Shown: positions 51,331 through 64,000, numbered from the stretch's first letter. The stretch: 64,000 bases of DNA from Raillietiella orientalis (GCA_036172245.1 JAYWIR010000049.1:310001-374000), one strand, 5' to 3'. Numbers and translations are program-made. The notes: a model not told the origin generated them from the sequence alone.

Positions 51331-52334
51331 AAATCCACTCCTCTTATGGCGGCTGATAGTAAGCAATGAGCGAAGTCCTTCTCTGCTGGCGCATCGCCGG
51401 AGGATGAGGCACCAAACGGAGTTCCACAATTTGGCAGGAAATAAAAAACAAGGGGTGAGTGGAGGGTCGAGGAAGAGGAGAATTTCCGTCTTCATTTCCG
51501 TAAGGAAATTTTCGTGTTTCCGGAGATCACGTCACAGTGCAACGAGGCCGAAGGCAGCAGTTTCGCACGTGATCCGGTGCACGAAGAGCGAGATCAAACG
51601 CTTTACTTATATCCTAGTGAACTCGTTCGAAGGGAGTGCAGGTTTCACGATGATGACTGAGAGAGCATCCCGAAAGTATTCTCTTTGAGGGCCGCTCGAC
51701 TCTGTAAAGGCAACATCTTACTGTCGACAAAGATTCCTCTGCCAGGATCGTAAGCGGACACGAACATTCTCCATCGAGGGTCGGGAAAGAGTCGTTTTTT
51801 TTCTTTTTGTTTCTCCTCTTTTAGCGTTATCATTCCCTCGGAGTTCCAGAGATAACAGTCAGCTCTTCTGATGTGTTCATTGCATTGTGCCCATCCAGAG
51901 GACAGGCACACTTAATGCCCCTTGGATCTTCCAGGACAGACGTCAGTCTTATTATCGAGGTGTTCCTCCTGTACCTTGCGTTCTTGCCTCGCAGTTTGCG
52001 GCCGCGACGTTTATCGACTTGCCCGTAACATTTAATGGTCTAAGTGAGCCCAGGAACAGCTGACCAAGTAGCCCTCAGATCCCTTGCCTTGTTTGTCCTT
52101 GCCTCTTCTGAGGAGACGCGCTTCCGTTGTTTGCACAAGACAATTAATGTGATGAATGAACAGAAGCAGCTTAGGTCTTCATGATGACACAGCTGCTTGC
52201 GGGATTGGTTTGCTACGGAGCCTGCACAAAGGGCAAACGCGCGAGCACGCAGAAGCCCCTTTGACTAAAGCTAGTCACAGGATGGAGACTAGGATACGCG
52301 GATGTACCCTGGTTTGGTACGTACCCTTTCATTT

Positions 52335-53280
52335 CACCGGATCACTCCGGGGCGTTTACTGTAATAAAACACATTTACGAAAAAGCAGTCATGTAAAATG
52401 TAAGAAGATGTCCTTCGTGGTGGTTTCACAGAAGCAGCACTGCGAAGGGAAATGCCTCGGAGAAGCTGCTTCTCGTGAGCAGCTCTTTCGATGATGTCCG
52501 CAAAGAAGGAGTGGGGGGAAGGGTAAACAAGCATAGGAATAAAAAAAAGTTCATTTTAAAAATGGTGCGGAAGAGGGGCAAGAAGGGATCACAGATTCCT
52601 TCCTGGCATCCCCAGCAACCTCTGGAGGAACTTCTTCCTTCTGTTGGCAGACGTGGCCTTCTTGTCGCCTTCCTTGGGAATGAGCAGACAATTGAGATGA
52701 CCTCATCTTTTGGCTGGTCTCTTCCGGAGAGGCTCCTTGCCGCCTAGATTCAACGAAGGCAGCGTACAAGGCTGCAAGGGAAGCTGCAAGCAGCAACGAG
52801 TCCCGCGCGAAGAGGCACCGCAAAACCTCTCTGCTTTTGTTCATCGGAAGTGTAAGGGCCGCAGCCAAGCGTTTTCGGAGACCCAGAAGAGCAACAACAC
52901 AATCCAACAGCGGGAAGGTTTTCCGTTTCCCGAACCTGGCACTCCCTCTTGTCCTGTGGTAGACTTGCGCGTTGCATGGGATCTTCCAGGACAAGAGCTG
53001 CAATTCCAAGTCCCCACCATTTCAAGGAAAGCGTCAAGCTGTCCACAAACACTGGGGGTGTTTCTGCCTCTTCAAGAGCAATGTCCAGGAGTTGAAACTC
53101 CTTCCTCTGGGGGGGGGCGGGAAGCAGGAGAACATGCGTCAGCCAGTTGTTGCGCCGTAGAGCATTCCATTTGCTTATTCTTTCCCACGATCTCGCAGGA
53201 TACTTCCCATCTTGCGGGCTCATTGCTATTTCCACTTCTCAGAAGAACATTGCCGCTGCGACTGCGACTGGGTTGCATCA
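52335..53280 (-). mobile_element. Decayed LINE ORF2 3' end + 3' UTR with terminal hairpin
   Basis: LSLKWW / LQLLSWKIPCNA...LLDC...LFARDSLLLAASLAAL; terminal AAACGCCCCGGAGTGATCCGGTG. Confidence 0.75.
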
Positions 53281-54156
53281 TCCGAACGAGCAGGCGGTGA
53301 TCTCATCTCTCGCCAAGTGATGCTCGTGTTCCTGGGTCCATGGTTCACGTGTTCTGCTTCCTTTTCCTATATATTCCACTTCGTAAAACGGAAGTTTGGA
53401 GAAGATGGTTGCTCGGACGGGATGCACTGTTTTTCTGACCAGTGATATGGCTACAGTGGCAGGTCGTCTGACCACTTCCACTTTTACTTCCGTGCAGCAG
53501 AGACATTCATCTCTTTTCCACGAAAAAACAGACAACCAAAAACACTGGTCCACCATCCGAGTTACACCTCCCATCTGGGAACGAGCGGTCTAGGAGGAAT
53601 CCATTAAGCTTTCTTTCACAGTCGCTTGAACACGAAGATAACGAGAAGATGCAGTTTACTCACCCAACTCAACTCGTATGCTTGTCTCAACTTCTCTGCC
53701 GGACGAATCCTTCAATCAAACAGGCTCAGTTGGTGGCCTCTTGCGCCCTCCCGTAAACGTCTCTGTACAAAAAGCGAATGTCAACGAGCGAAAGGTACAT
53801 CGCTCTCCTCCTGTCTCACCTTTTTCAGCCCTGCTGATGAACACTCCCCCCAACCACATCAAGCACCCTGTGATGCAGGCCGCGAGTTTCTAGTACGTAG
53901 AGGAATTCGAAACGGGCGTGCAAAACTCACGGCTAAAGTGCACATTCCAAATGCAACTGCCCTAAACAGAACATCATCCCTTAAAAGTCTTTTTCCGTTC
54001 AAAACATTTGAGTGTGTGGAAAAAGATATAGCTGAAGAATTAGAATAGCTGATACTTTAGGTTGGGTCAGCAGAAGGTGAATAGTGTGACCAGTTCATAG
54101 ATGTAGCACATGTTGTTCTAAAATCTATTACATCTAACATTGGATTATGGAGCAAC

Positions 54157-54310
54157 CGCACTTCAAGGCTGCCGGTGTCTATAGGTAACACTGTGGAATG
54201 TCCGTAATGCAAGGCCCATGGCAACCATGGATACCACGGTGGAAGATCTGCACTTCAAGGCTCCCGGTATCCATGAATACCACTGTGAAATATCCGCACT
54301 TCGAGGCTCT
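54157..54310 (+). repeat. 46-bp tandem repeat, ~3.3 units
   Basis: ccgcacttcaaggct...cactgtggaat recurring at 46-bp spacing. Confidence 0.8.
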
Positions 54311-56370
54311 AGGATAGCTTGTTATCAAAATGGCTGAAGGAAGCACTGAACTGCAAATTTATTAATAATAAAATCGTTTGCTATGGCATTGGAGATGATT
54401 ATGTCCTCGAAGTTTGGGAGCTGCAAATCCTCTGTGCTGTGGTGACTGAAATTGAGGTTAGTTAGGTTAAGTAAGATAGAAATAGGGTAGAAGTGTGAGG
54501 AGGAGTGAAAGGAATCTTGGATCGAGGGATAGCGTACGAAGGAATTGGGGTTTGTTAAAGGGTTCCGGAGGGAAGATATTGCCTCTGCCTTTCGAGATGA
54601 ATGCTTACAAAGCTCCACTTCAAGGTACTGCAGGAGTGAAGAGTGGTGCTGACAAGTCGTTCATACGAAGGTCAAGAATTCTTATTTGCGTTTGTGACCG
54701 TGCCACTGATGAATATTTGGACTAGGAGATGAGAGCTTGAAACTCCTGTTAATGGCAAATCCGCCCGTTCAGATCCACCAGTTTTAGAGTTGATTAGAAT
54801 GGAACAAATAAAAGCAGGAAAGAGAGAAGCAGCAGATAGCCCCTAAGGTACTAGTGAGGAATCTGCGGGCAAGGAGAAAATGATAATTAAAAATTTAGGA
54901 ATTAAATAATCATAAAGGTGGCTGATGTCGTCAGCGCTTCGTTCGAGGATGTAGTGCTGGAAATGGGTGTCAGGAAGGACAGACGAACGAACTCTTCCTG
55001 CGGGCAAAATGGTGCTTATTCCAGCCGAAAACCAAAGACGGCGCATCACAGCATCACAGCGGATCCGTGCAGGGTGGCTTCCGGAGCAAAGCGCTTCTCC
55101 GGCTATCAGATCCACCGGCCATCTGCGGATTCGACTCACCGCATTATTCTCATTGCCACGTTCTCACGGGAACTCATTGGCATTAGAAACGCATCACCGC
55201 TGGTCACCCGGAGTGCACTTCTGCACGCGCACATTTTTGCACATCGCTGTGGGGAGGGTGAGAGCGTGGAACCAAAGTCATTCGAGTGGTTGCCAGACAG
55301 AGCCAACCCTTTGGCCTCTCCGTCGGGAAGGAGGAATTTCCACCGTCAACGTGCCTCGCTGCTTGGCAGCAAACAGACAACAGAAATTTCTCATTGCATT
55401 CCAACGGGCTGATCGTGGGATGACACGTAAAAACGAGGGGGATCAAGGTCAACAGTTGAGCTACTTATTTATTTTTTTTCATCCCAAATCATGCTTCCGT
55501 TTCATATCTTGCAGCTCCTTCTTCCTCCTTGCGCTCGATGCGCATTCACCCAAGAATAAAAGATCCTTGGACGAGTGGACTCGCCACACTGAAGGGATGC
55601 GGTGACGAAGGACGGACGAGCGTCCTGGACCGAGTACGCGATCTTCTGGAGTCTCGCTCATTAGTGCTCGATCCGCGGGTTCGCGTGCAAAGAAAAAGGG
55701 AGGCAGCGCGGGATTTCCACTGTGGATTTGGCGCCGGGTGCAACGAGGCGTGTCGGATCGGAATCCGGAGTGAATGGGAAACTGAATGAAGACCACTGAG
55801 TGACCGTCGATAGGGTGCCACTTTCACGAGGTCCCGAGAGGAAGTTTTCCTGGGCTCGTCGGGCACTTGTTTAGGAATTGCTGACCACCCGCAAGATATG
55901 GCCTCCCGCTGACACTTCTCAGAGGATCCCAGGGGGCTCACAAGCGCGCTCTGCCCTCCGTAACAGAAGGATCGAGCGTTCTCCCTTTCGTGCGGCTTCT
56001 CTCGCGGGGATGCCCAGCCTCCGCACAACGTTGATCCAAGTGGGACTGGTGGAAACCATGAAGCTGTTCTCAGCACGGACCGAGCTCTAAGAAATCAGCC
56101 ACACCGTCCGCGAGGTCATGGGGATAGGTAGGGGAACCCCTTTCGTCGTCCATGGTCCATCCCAGGGCCACTGAAGGGATACAGGCGTAGGTAACGGAGT
56201 CTGCTTGTTCTGCACTAACCCTAGTCCTCCTCTCAGCCACCTGCCTTTCCGAAAGCCACAGACAGGGATCCCTTTGCCTTCTTATTCTCCTCTGCTTTGC
56301 CAGCATCGGCCAACGTTCCGAATGCTCGGTGCATTTAGTCCAGCAAATGAAACATGAAGAGATGCCCGCA

Positions 56371-56580
56371 TTGGTGACCGTGTGGTTGGGACCTCCGCTC
56401 GTGGCACTTGGCGTCGCGGGTTGGAATCTCACCCGGGGAAGGATCTACTCCACAGAAAAGGGTGTGTCGTGAGTTTCCAGTGTCCCACAAGATGACTTTG
56501 GTTGTTTTCGGTTGACTCCGGATGTCCCCAATTATTGATCGGGATTGGATGTTGACCCTTAGGGGTCCTTCCAGGACCCT
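56371..56580 (+). mobile_element. tRNA-headed 5' module type A, degenerate
   Basis: gaccgtgtggtt...cgtggcac...gtcgcgggttggaatctcacccggggaagg. Confidence 0.7.
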
Positions 56581-57956
56581 TTATCGATACCTTCTCAATG
56601 GGGGTTCCAACCTTACAGTTCCTAGAGCACTCTAAACCATTTCAGAAGGTGGTTTCACTCGAGAGTTGGAGTCTGGATGCTTGGAGTACGACTGAGATGG
56701 AGATCCATTGGTTCCTCCACACGTCTCTCTTTTCTGAGATAAACTTTCTGATCGGCAAAGCCATCTCAGATGCCGGGAAACCTCACAATTCAACCGAACA
56801 GAAACAGCATCTTTCGCCAATGTTGTCAATGCTTGTTTCAGCAACAGTACAGAAGAAAGGAATTTCATCTGATCCAATCGACTTTGTCCCATTCCACTCG
56901 ATGTTGAATCCTCGAAGGTGCGTGCGGGAAACGAAAGAGCAATGAGGGAGGCAAAGCCCACTCCGAAGTCTGCGGGCTCCCCAAGGAAGAGACCGGACCA
57001 TGACTACCGTGACCGTCTCGTAGCATCACGAAGCTCTCCTTTCTTCTGCATGTTTTGGAATCCAATTGCTCCTGAATTTCGAGTCTCACGGAGAGACCCA
57101 CCTGAGTTTACCGGTGCCGAAAGAGCAGCAACTTCCTGTCCACGAAAAGGATGCAGTAGACAAGGAAAAAGTTCAAGAACCATGGAACGATGCGGAAGAA
57201 GGAGCAACTCAAAAAGTCTCTTGAAAGAGTTGCCATAGACAGCAATGCCGCGGGCAGTGCTAGGTTGTATCCAATTGTATGATGTACTAATTAATAACGC
57301 GTGGAAAAAATGTCTCATAGAAAGCAAGAACTGCAAGTAAATCCCACGGAAAGAAGGAATGGTATGGATTCTAGATTTTATTTCTTACCGTGCCTTTGGT
57401 AAGAAAGAAAATACAAGCTGCAAAGCCTTCCGTTTCACAGGCCAGACGAACGGCATGCCTGGATCGCCTCCTGTACTACTCAGAGTCATCCCCTTAAAAG
57501 ATAGGACGCTGATTTCATTTCGAATGGAAAGGGTTGCTAGGTCCAAGACAATTAGGTAATTAGGCACTATTAGGTATTCTCTTTGGGCGAGAGAAGAGTG
57601 ATTTCCTGATCGAGACCATCGTCGGGAGAGCACGTGTTAAGTTTTGGCTCAAAGTGCGCTTCGGCTGCTGGAGCAATTTGTTTCCTTGACTGCTCTATTA
57701 ATCGTAATGAAGAGACATTACACCGTCCTGGGAAGACTAGAGGAGCCGTGTTTGATTTCAAACCTAATGGTGTAGATAATTCTCAAGAAAGCTTGGAGAT
57801 TACTTGTCAGCAGCCGAGGTCGCACAAAACACTCAAACTCATGTGTGTTCTTTGCCTGCACGATGGGATCCTGGATTGCGTTGTTCCTTCGAGCAACTCT
57901 TACCTGTGCGTAAACCCAATATTTTTATTTTCTGCTTTGTTTCTGACAAGGAATGG

Positions 57957-57984
57957 TCAATATGGAAGAAGTCTTCCATATTGA
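57957..57984. repeat. 13-bp perfect inverted repeat, 2-nt spacer
   Basis: TCAATATGGAAGA-ag-TCTTCCATATTGA. Confidence 0.9.
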
Positions 57985-58092
57985 ATTCTACACTTAAGGA
58001 AGAATTGGACACACTGAGGCAAAATAATGGGAGGATGGAACAAGCAGAAGATGAGCATTTGATATCTACCAGGTGACGTCGAGGCATTTATT

Positions 58093-59005
58093 TTAAAAAT
58101 AAAGCACAAATCAGAGGGTAGATCGTCCCCTAAATGCAAAACATGGAAAAAAAAAGAGAACCTCATCAAGGATGACCACTGGCACGCAGGCCTGCTTTTA
58201 TAAAAGTAGGGAACAAAGGAAGGGGCATTAAGTGAATAAAAGAAGATAGGACGATAGAGACAGGGGTCTTTGGTTCCATCCGTTCCTCTCTTCCTAGAAG
58301 CGGTTGCGTATGGTGCCGATTTCACTGATGATTTCTGGCAGGTGAGGCCACCTTGCAGTCATCCTCGTGAAGGCGACTGCCTTGTTGATGGCCTCCCTTC
58401 GCTGCGTACAGGAATTCAACACCTGGAAGACTGCCACCATGAAGCGGATGCAGCAGACGGTTGCGATCGCAGAGCCCGTCGTCATCCCGCCTCAGCAAGT
58501 CCTTGGCAGTGTCCTCTGGATGCCCGAGTGCTGAAACCAGCCTCTTCTAAAGTTCCTGGAGGGTACTGCAGTCCAGCAGCAGATACAGAAACGTTTCCTT
58601 CGCCCACATATTAAGCAGTTTAAGGAAAACCTCGGAAATCAGGTGTCTAAGCTGGTTTCACCGGAAGCAGCAGAACTTCTTATTTGCACGGTAGAGGCAT
58701 CATCGTAGTGCTTGCAAGCAGGGGAGGGAGCACGAGTTCTTCGGGGAGCCACGCCGGGCAGGTCACTTCACCAAAGGAGTTCATTCTCTTGGAAGTGAGG
58801 AGTAGCGCCGTCCACCAGCTCGCTCGTCCCGCAACCGTTGAGGAGTTTCTCGACTCCTGCAGCTTGGCAGGAGATTTCACACCCCGCTGGTTGGCTTCTG
58901 TCATCGTTTGCCTTGAGGGCAGACAGTTCTGCGGCAAGAGGTGTGATGACTATCCGAGACCACTGTGTTCATTCCTAGAGGAGATCTACCAGAGGCTTGC
59001 GTAGG
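58093..59005 (-). mobile_element. Inverted near-identical copy of 13377-14293 (LINE 3' region)
   Basis: Direct reverse-complement match by eye. Confidence 0.9.
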
Positions 59006-59009
59006 GGAT

Positions 59010-59580
59010 TCTGCAATGGATGCAGTTGCTCTGGGTGCATTTCCCAAGTGACTACGCAGGACTCCGGCACCTCCTGCTTCCAGGCGTTCCAGCTTTGGGA
59101 AAGCAGAGCATCAAGGGGTGAGCTACCAGAACTGAGGACAGATGCCTCAGAGGCTAGGAAGACTGAAAGATCAGACTGAAAGACTTGGTGCCGCCGTGGC
59201 AGGAAGCATGATTGCAGGGGGATGTTGCATTCACGCCGTCGTCGCAGTCCTCAATGTGTTCGGGTCCCGGACGCAGCGAGGAGAGGCCATTCCCATGACA
59301 GCCGCTTCCGCAAGGTTGGCTGCGTTGTCGTCTCACCCGAACAAAAAATCTCCAAAGTGGTCACCACCATCCAGGACCGGTTTCTGGAAGGGTGGAGTGG
59401 TTCATGACAAAGACCTTCTCTTTTTTACCTTTTCCTTCATTTATTTATTTCCCTCTTGCTTCTAACTTCCTCAAAACCCAGCCAGCGAGCCGGTGGTCCT
59501 TTGTGCTGGAATTTTTATTCCTTTCCGGAGAACTGAGTTCCGATTTTGCTGGATTTTTTTTATTATTACTTTTGGAGTAA
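59010..59580 (+). mobile_element. Decayed LINE ORF2 tail + 3' UTR
   Basis: GSMIAGGCCIHAVVAV...QRGEAIPM tail, T-rich UTR. Confidence 0.65.
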
Positions 59581-60559
59581 GCGTCCCAGAATCACCAGCT
59601 CAAAACAATGACTTGCTGGGGACTGAGCAGGGCCTCGAACCAGGAGGACATGCAGACGAACGCTGCGTTCAGTCACCACAAGATCTTGGAGCAGCAGTGG
59701 TGACTGCTCCTCCAAGATCTTCCCGTTTCCACCGTAAACTTTCCCCCCGGGAGGTGATCAGACGTTCAGGGTATGCTTGTCTCAGTATCCTCGTATACGA
59801 TAACCGATTTTTTTCTTGTGAGAAACGTGGTCGATCGGCTCGTGAGTTGCCACTAGCCACCCAACATTATGATTTCCTCAGACGGATGCCGATACGTCGT
59901 CTTTCCTCAGGCAATTTCTCTGGATTGGGCGACAATGACGGTGTTCTTGGATGTGGCCTTGCTAGGTAGAAGAGTCCGCGCGCCTTTTATGAGGTCCATG
60001 AACGTCTCTGGACCACAACATTCGAACTCCAGTTCTACAGACCGGGCCGCGTTTCGAGGATGGCTCACGCGACCTCGTTCTTTCGCGAGGATCTCCGTCC
60101 CGAATTGTCTTCGCGGGCCCATGTCGCGGGTCGATATCTAGAATTCCTGACGGAGGAGGTGTTCCCGCAGCTTCATGCGTGGGTTGGTCGCTCCTAAGAA
60201 ACACCTTTCTGCATCTCTACAGATCGCGTCACAAGAACCGCGCGTATTTGCACGACTGCCTCACCGTTCGTTGCCATAAAGCCTGCCTTTGTCGTCGATT
60301 GCGGAGGAGCAGTTTGCAGGTACGACTTGATCGCGCTCCCGGAACACGTCGCGCAACTTTGCGGTCAAAGGCCAGTCTGCTGAAAGAGGATGACACCGCG
60401 TAATGAGGTCAAATTCTTATTCGAGAGGGACTAGCTTATGTTGCTTGGTAAGCGGAGATCCATTCCGTATGCATTCCCAGTCTAGTGGAGTCCGCCTTAA
60501 TAAGGAAGCACGGAAGGACATCAATCTGAATTAATCAGAAACCGAGAGAAGGATTTCTT

Positions 60560-61300
60560 TTTTTTCGCAAGAAGAGAGGAGCAGACTTTGAAAGCTTTGC
60601 CATTAGGATGGCCTCTCTTCGCTGCTGCATGGGGACCCGAGCACATTGAGGACCATGACGAAGACGTCGATGCATCACAGCGCTGTAATCACGCTTCCTG
60701 GCGCCATCAAGTCTACCTGTCTGATCCGGGACCTTGCAGGGTCCAAGGCTTGTCTTAGGAGGCGCTGTGCTCCGAATCTTCACCGAAGGGAACGGGCAAA
60801 CAAAAAAAAAAAGGAGCAGAGGAGGGGGCAACAAAAGTGCTTTTGATTGAGCCCGCCTCTGGAAAGAAGAACTTGCCGTCGAGGAACAGGGCTGAGATTC
60901 ATCTCTGTCTTCTGAAGGGTTGGCCGAAAGTCCCTCGCGTCCGAAGAATCTACTCAGCAAGTGCGCTGCGGTGTCCTCAGGATTGCAGGAGCTCTGATCT
61001 GTAATCAGTAGGGCAGTAAGATGCTGCGGGCAGGAGCAACCGCGCTCGAGTCGTGGGACCGTCGATGCGCCAGCGGTGGGTGCTGCTGGAAACGCACCGG
61101 TTTCGCCCGAGCTGCTTTGCTGGAAAGATTGCAGCCGGAGAAACGCCACAGCAGCCTGCCTGCGAAGGGCAGAGGACAAAGGCGAGTGCATGTGAAGGAC
61201 AGAGTACAAAAGCGAGCTCTCATCGTAAAAGTACAAAGTCCTCTTACACGGAGGACGTGGGGAACTGTGGCGATCCTGGAGCTCAGCGAAGGGGAGGCGG
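60560..61300 (-). mobile_element. Two adjacent decayed LINE 3' fragments
   Basis: QRREAILMA tail at ~60610; T-rich UTR (minus strand) at ~60790-60850. Confidence 0.5.
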
Positions 61301-61659
61301 AAGAGAAAGTGAATCGGGATAACTTTGCAAATTCCGCCCGATAACCCTTTCCATGCATTGCGACAGCATCGAAAATGGCGAATGGTAATGAGGTAATGGA
61401 TCAGATTACATGGGAGGATGTGGAGGCAGAAATGAGGTGTGTGAGTTCTCCCGCTGCAGTCACCACGCGGCCTGGCTTGCCTGGAAATCCGGAAGTGACC
61501 TGACTCGAAATGGAAGAGAGGTTATGGGACGAGGAAGGCTGTTAGCAGCGATCTGGTTCAGCTGAGGGCTCCTCTCGTGATTTGAGTTTAGGTAGACGTA
61601 GACTCAGGTAGACGTAGACTAATGGCACAGCCCAGTGATAAATTTCAAGCGACAACGTG

Positions 61660-62720
61660 TGGCGCCAACATGAGCGGTAGTGTGGCTGCGGTCTCCTTGC
61701 GTAGTACCACGAGTTGCGGGTTCGAATTCCACCCAAGGAAGGATCGACTCCAGGGAAATGAAGGGGGCCTCGTAGGTTTGGAGTCCCCCCGCAAGATGAT
61801 GCTGGTTGGCCTCGGTTGGCTTCTGGTGTGGCAATGGAGGAAGTCGGGTGTCCCCGTTGAGTGGCCTGGATTGAATGTGGACCCAACGACGTCCTTCCAG
61901 GAATCAAGGATCCTTCCAGGATTCCCTCCGGCTGTGAGGATGGAGCCGTTACCATGGAGCTGGTTGATGTCCCACTCGGGGAGCTGCCTCTCCAGAGCGT
62001 CAGAAGTCCGCTCTGCGCTACAGCTGCAGAGATGGGCTTACTGGGTTGAAAAATTCGGGGAAAGAAAAAAAATCGATGACGATGATTCCTCGAGGCTGGA
62101 CTCAATGTATTCTTGACAGCAGCGCTCGAGGTCTATGTCGCGGACGGGTTGGGCAATCCACCACGAAATGAGAATGGCCGTCTCAGAGAGCGATGAAGAC
62201 GGAGCGCTCCTGGCCTCGCCTCGCTTGGCAGCGATGTGCATCCATCCGCAAAGGGTCGGAAGCGAAGATCTATTTCCCTTTCCGGCGTGCTACCGGTCAG
62301 GTACGCCTTCCTGATGCCTCCCGACAGCCATCTGAAAAATGGTACCTTCGATCGGAAGCTTCCCTGATCGGGGAACCCAGAACCCAGCGGCGCGCAGATG
62401 TTTGGTGACGTCACGCTCGCGAGCAAATAATGATGAGTAGAGCGCTGCATCTCTTTCGCACGGTCGCCGGTGATGGCGAGGCCCCACGTGGCCGACTCTG
62501 GGCGGCACGTGCAAGGATCCTCCTGGAGCAGTTTGGGCATTGTTCTTTGAGGCCTCTCTGGACCCACCTTCCAGGTAAGTCCTCGGACCAGACCGCGGGC
62601 AGTCCCAAGGTGACATTTTGCACTTCCTCCATGAAGCGCTATTCTGCCCGGCTGCCCGCTGCATACCTACCCCTCCTCCTGAATCTCGGGAACGCATTCA
62701 CAGGAATCTGGAAGTAACAT
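61660..62720 (+). mobile_element. tRNA-headed 5' module type A followed by co-oriented LINE ORF2-like remnant
   Basis: gtgtggctgcggtc...GCGGGTTCGAATTCC head and shared blocks to ~62015. The downstream decayed ORF resembles 49300-49800(-). Confidence 0.6.
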
Positions 62721-63199
62721 TGCTGTTCGAAGACCTGGAGTCCCTGTAGCCTTTGGCAGAGTTTCTGCTCCGTTCCGAAGGAAGAAGAAAGGAGTATTGT
62801 TTCTGAGTCGCTCGGGAATCCATGGCTTCATTAGACTAGTCAAGAGGAATCCTACTTAACGCTTCCGTCTATCTACGTGCTTTACTCCTCCAGCCACATC
62901 CATCGATCTAAACCCTTTGTTTACCTACTCTTACGGCAGATTCCTTCGTTTTCCTGTTTAATTTGTTCCTGTTTTTGCAAGCTGATTGCCAGCTAGTCTG
63001 TTCCCTTAAATGCGTACATGAAACAATCATGGCGGCTGAAGCCGCCATGTTGCCTCAAACGGAGGTTACAAAAAAATTCTGTGAAAAATATCTAGGTCGC
63101 GTCGGGACTAGGCTATTTCTCCCGGGCATCCTGGTGAAGGCGTCGGCACTGTGTCCGTACGTGCGTCACGTGTACTGCGTATAACTGTAACGACCTACG

Positions 63200-63800
63200 A
63201 AATCCCAGCGTTCCTGCAAGCTCGATGAATGCACCTAAGCGGCGCCATCTCCCTTGGTTTCGATCCCTCACTGTTGCCAGGAACACGGTTGCTGGCGACC
63301 TCAATCCGGCGATGTCCTTCAGCATAGTGGTCAAAGTTTAAGGAGATATGGCGATCTGCTACAAAGTGAAACTGCCGCAGGACCAAATCGTTGACTCCCT
63401 GAGCGAACGGAACGCAGTGACTCGCCCTCCAGCAATCAGAACGTCAAGTGGAACAGTAGAGGGAGAAGTCAGCAAGGATTTCTGAAGGCCGCAAACTGCT
63501 GGTGAACCCCCCAGAACGAGTATTCTTCCTTGGAGCGTTTCGTCCAGCTTCCAGATCATCCAGAAACCTGTGTGAGCGACCCAAGGAGTGCATTTTCGGA
63601 CGGGCTAAACTCTGCGACCAGAATCCGTCATCCCTTTGACCTCAACAGCGGAGGTCTTCGTCGTGGGATCAATCAGGATAGGATGAGGAAACAGAGGAAC
63701 TCGGTAAAAATCTCTTACCACCTCACCTTAGGACTCTGGATCGTTTCCAGTTTACCGGAATTGCTTCCGTCTTCTGTCGACCGGGCTGGTGAGGGCCGAC
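63200..63800 (-). mobile_element. LINE endonuclease end / linker remnant
   Basis: DFYRVPLFPHP and IWKLDETL resemble L1/Tx1 D.WR..HP and WKLN.SLL motifs. Confidence 0.45.
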
Positions 63801-64000
63801 GGACGAAGAGCAGCCAGCAGCGAGGGTGTCCGTCCTCGGCGCGAGCGTCGCGGCTGGGATTCGAACCCAGTCTCTTTCCTTCCTCACGCGGAGCTTCCCC
63901 GAGCTTTTTCCACGCTCGCGAGGTGTCCCGGGTGGTGCGCGTCCAGCAAGTGTTCCGAAAGTATGTCGGACCCCCCGCCGCCGGAAGAGGAATCGAGAAC

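Noticed and set aside
54157..54310. CRISPR-like array (gcacttcaaggct repeats)
   Set aside because: The intervening sequences are similar to each other (46-bp tandem units), the context is eukaryotic and there are no cas genes.
54330..54790. Endonuclease relic of a second LINE clade (DLNGR, SHFYPI on minus strand)
   Set aside because: The motif matches are too short and degenerate to call by eye.

Overview
Eukaryotic genomic DNA, most likely animal/arthropod: GT-AG exons are present, there is no operon-like gene density, and one exon encodes a Sidestep/nephrin-type Ig-V segment. From about 6 kb to the end, the window is a dense graveyard of decayed L1/Tx1-like non-LTR retrotransposon fragments in both orientations. 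Recognisable parts are endonuclease motifs, an RT core at ~17.0-17.6 kb (DLHEAFD, GIRQG..SPLLF, YADD, LRYLGVPL), many zf-RVT/C-terminal ends and T-rich 3' UTRs. Three features of the family stand out: (i) tRNA-derived heads upstream of co-oriented ORF1/ORF2 remnants, (ii) a conserved 3'-terminal AAACGCCCCGG-loop-CCGGGTG stem-loop with no poly(A), and (iii) near-identical tracts shared between otherwise decayed copies. Also present are a Mutator-like DNA transposon derivative (~27.7-28.9 kb), a possible LTR+PBS, several minisatellites and perfect hairpins. No intact long CDS, rRNA, complete tRNA or CRISPR array is supported. All alignments and motif matches were made by eye without database searches, so element boundaries are approximate.
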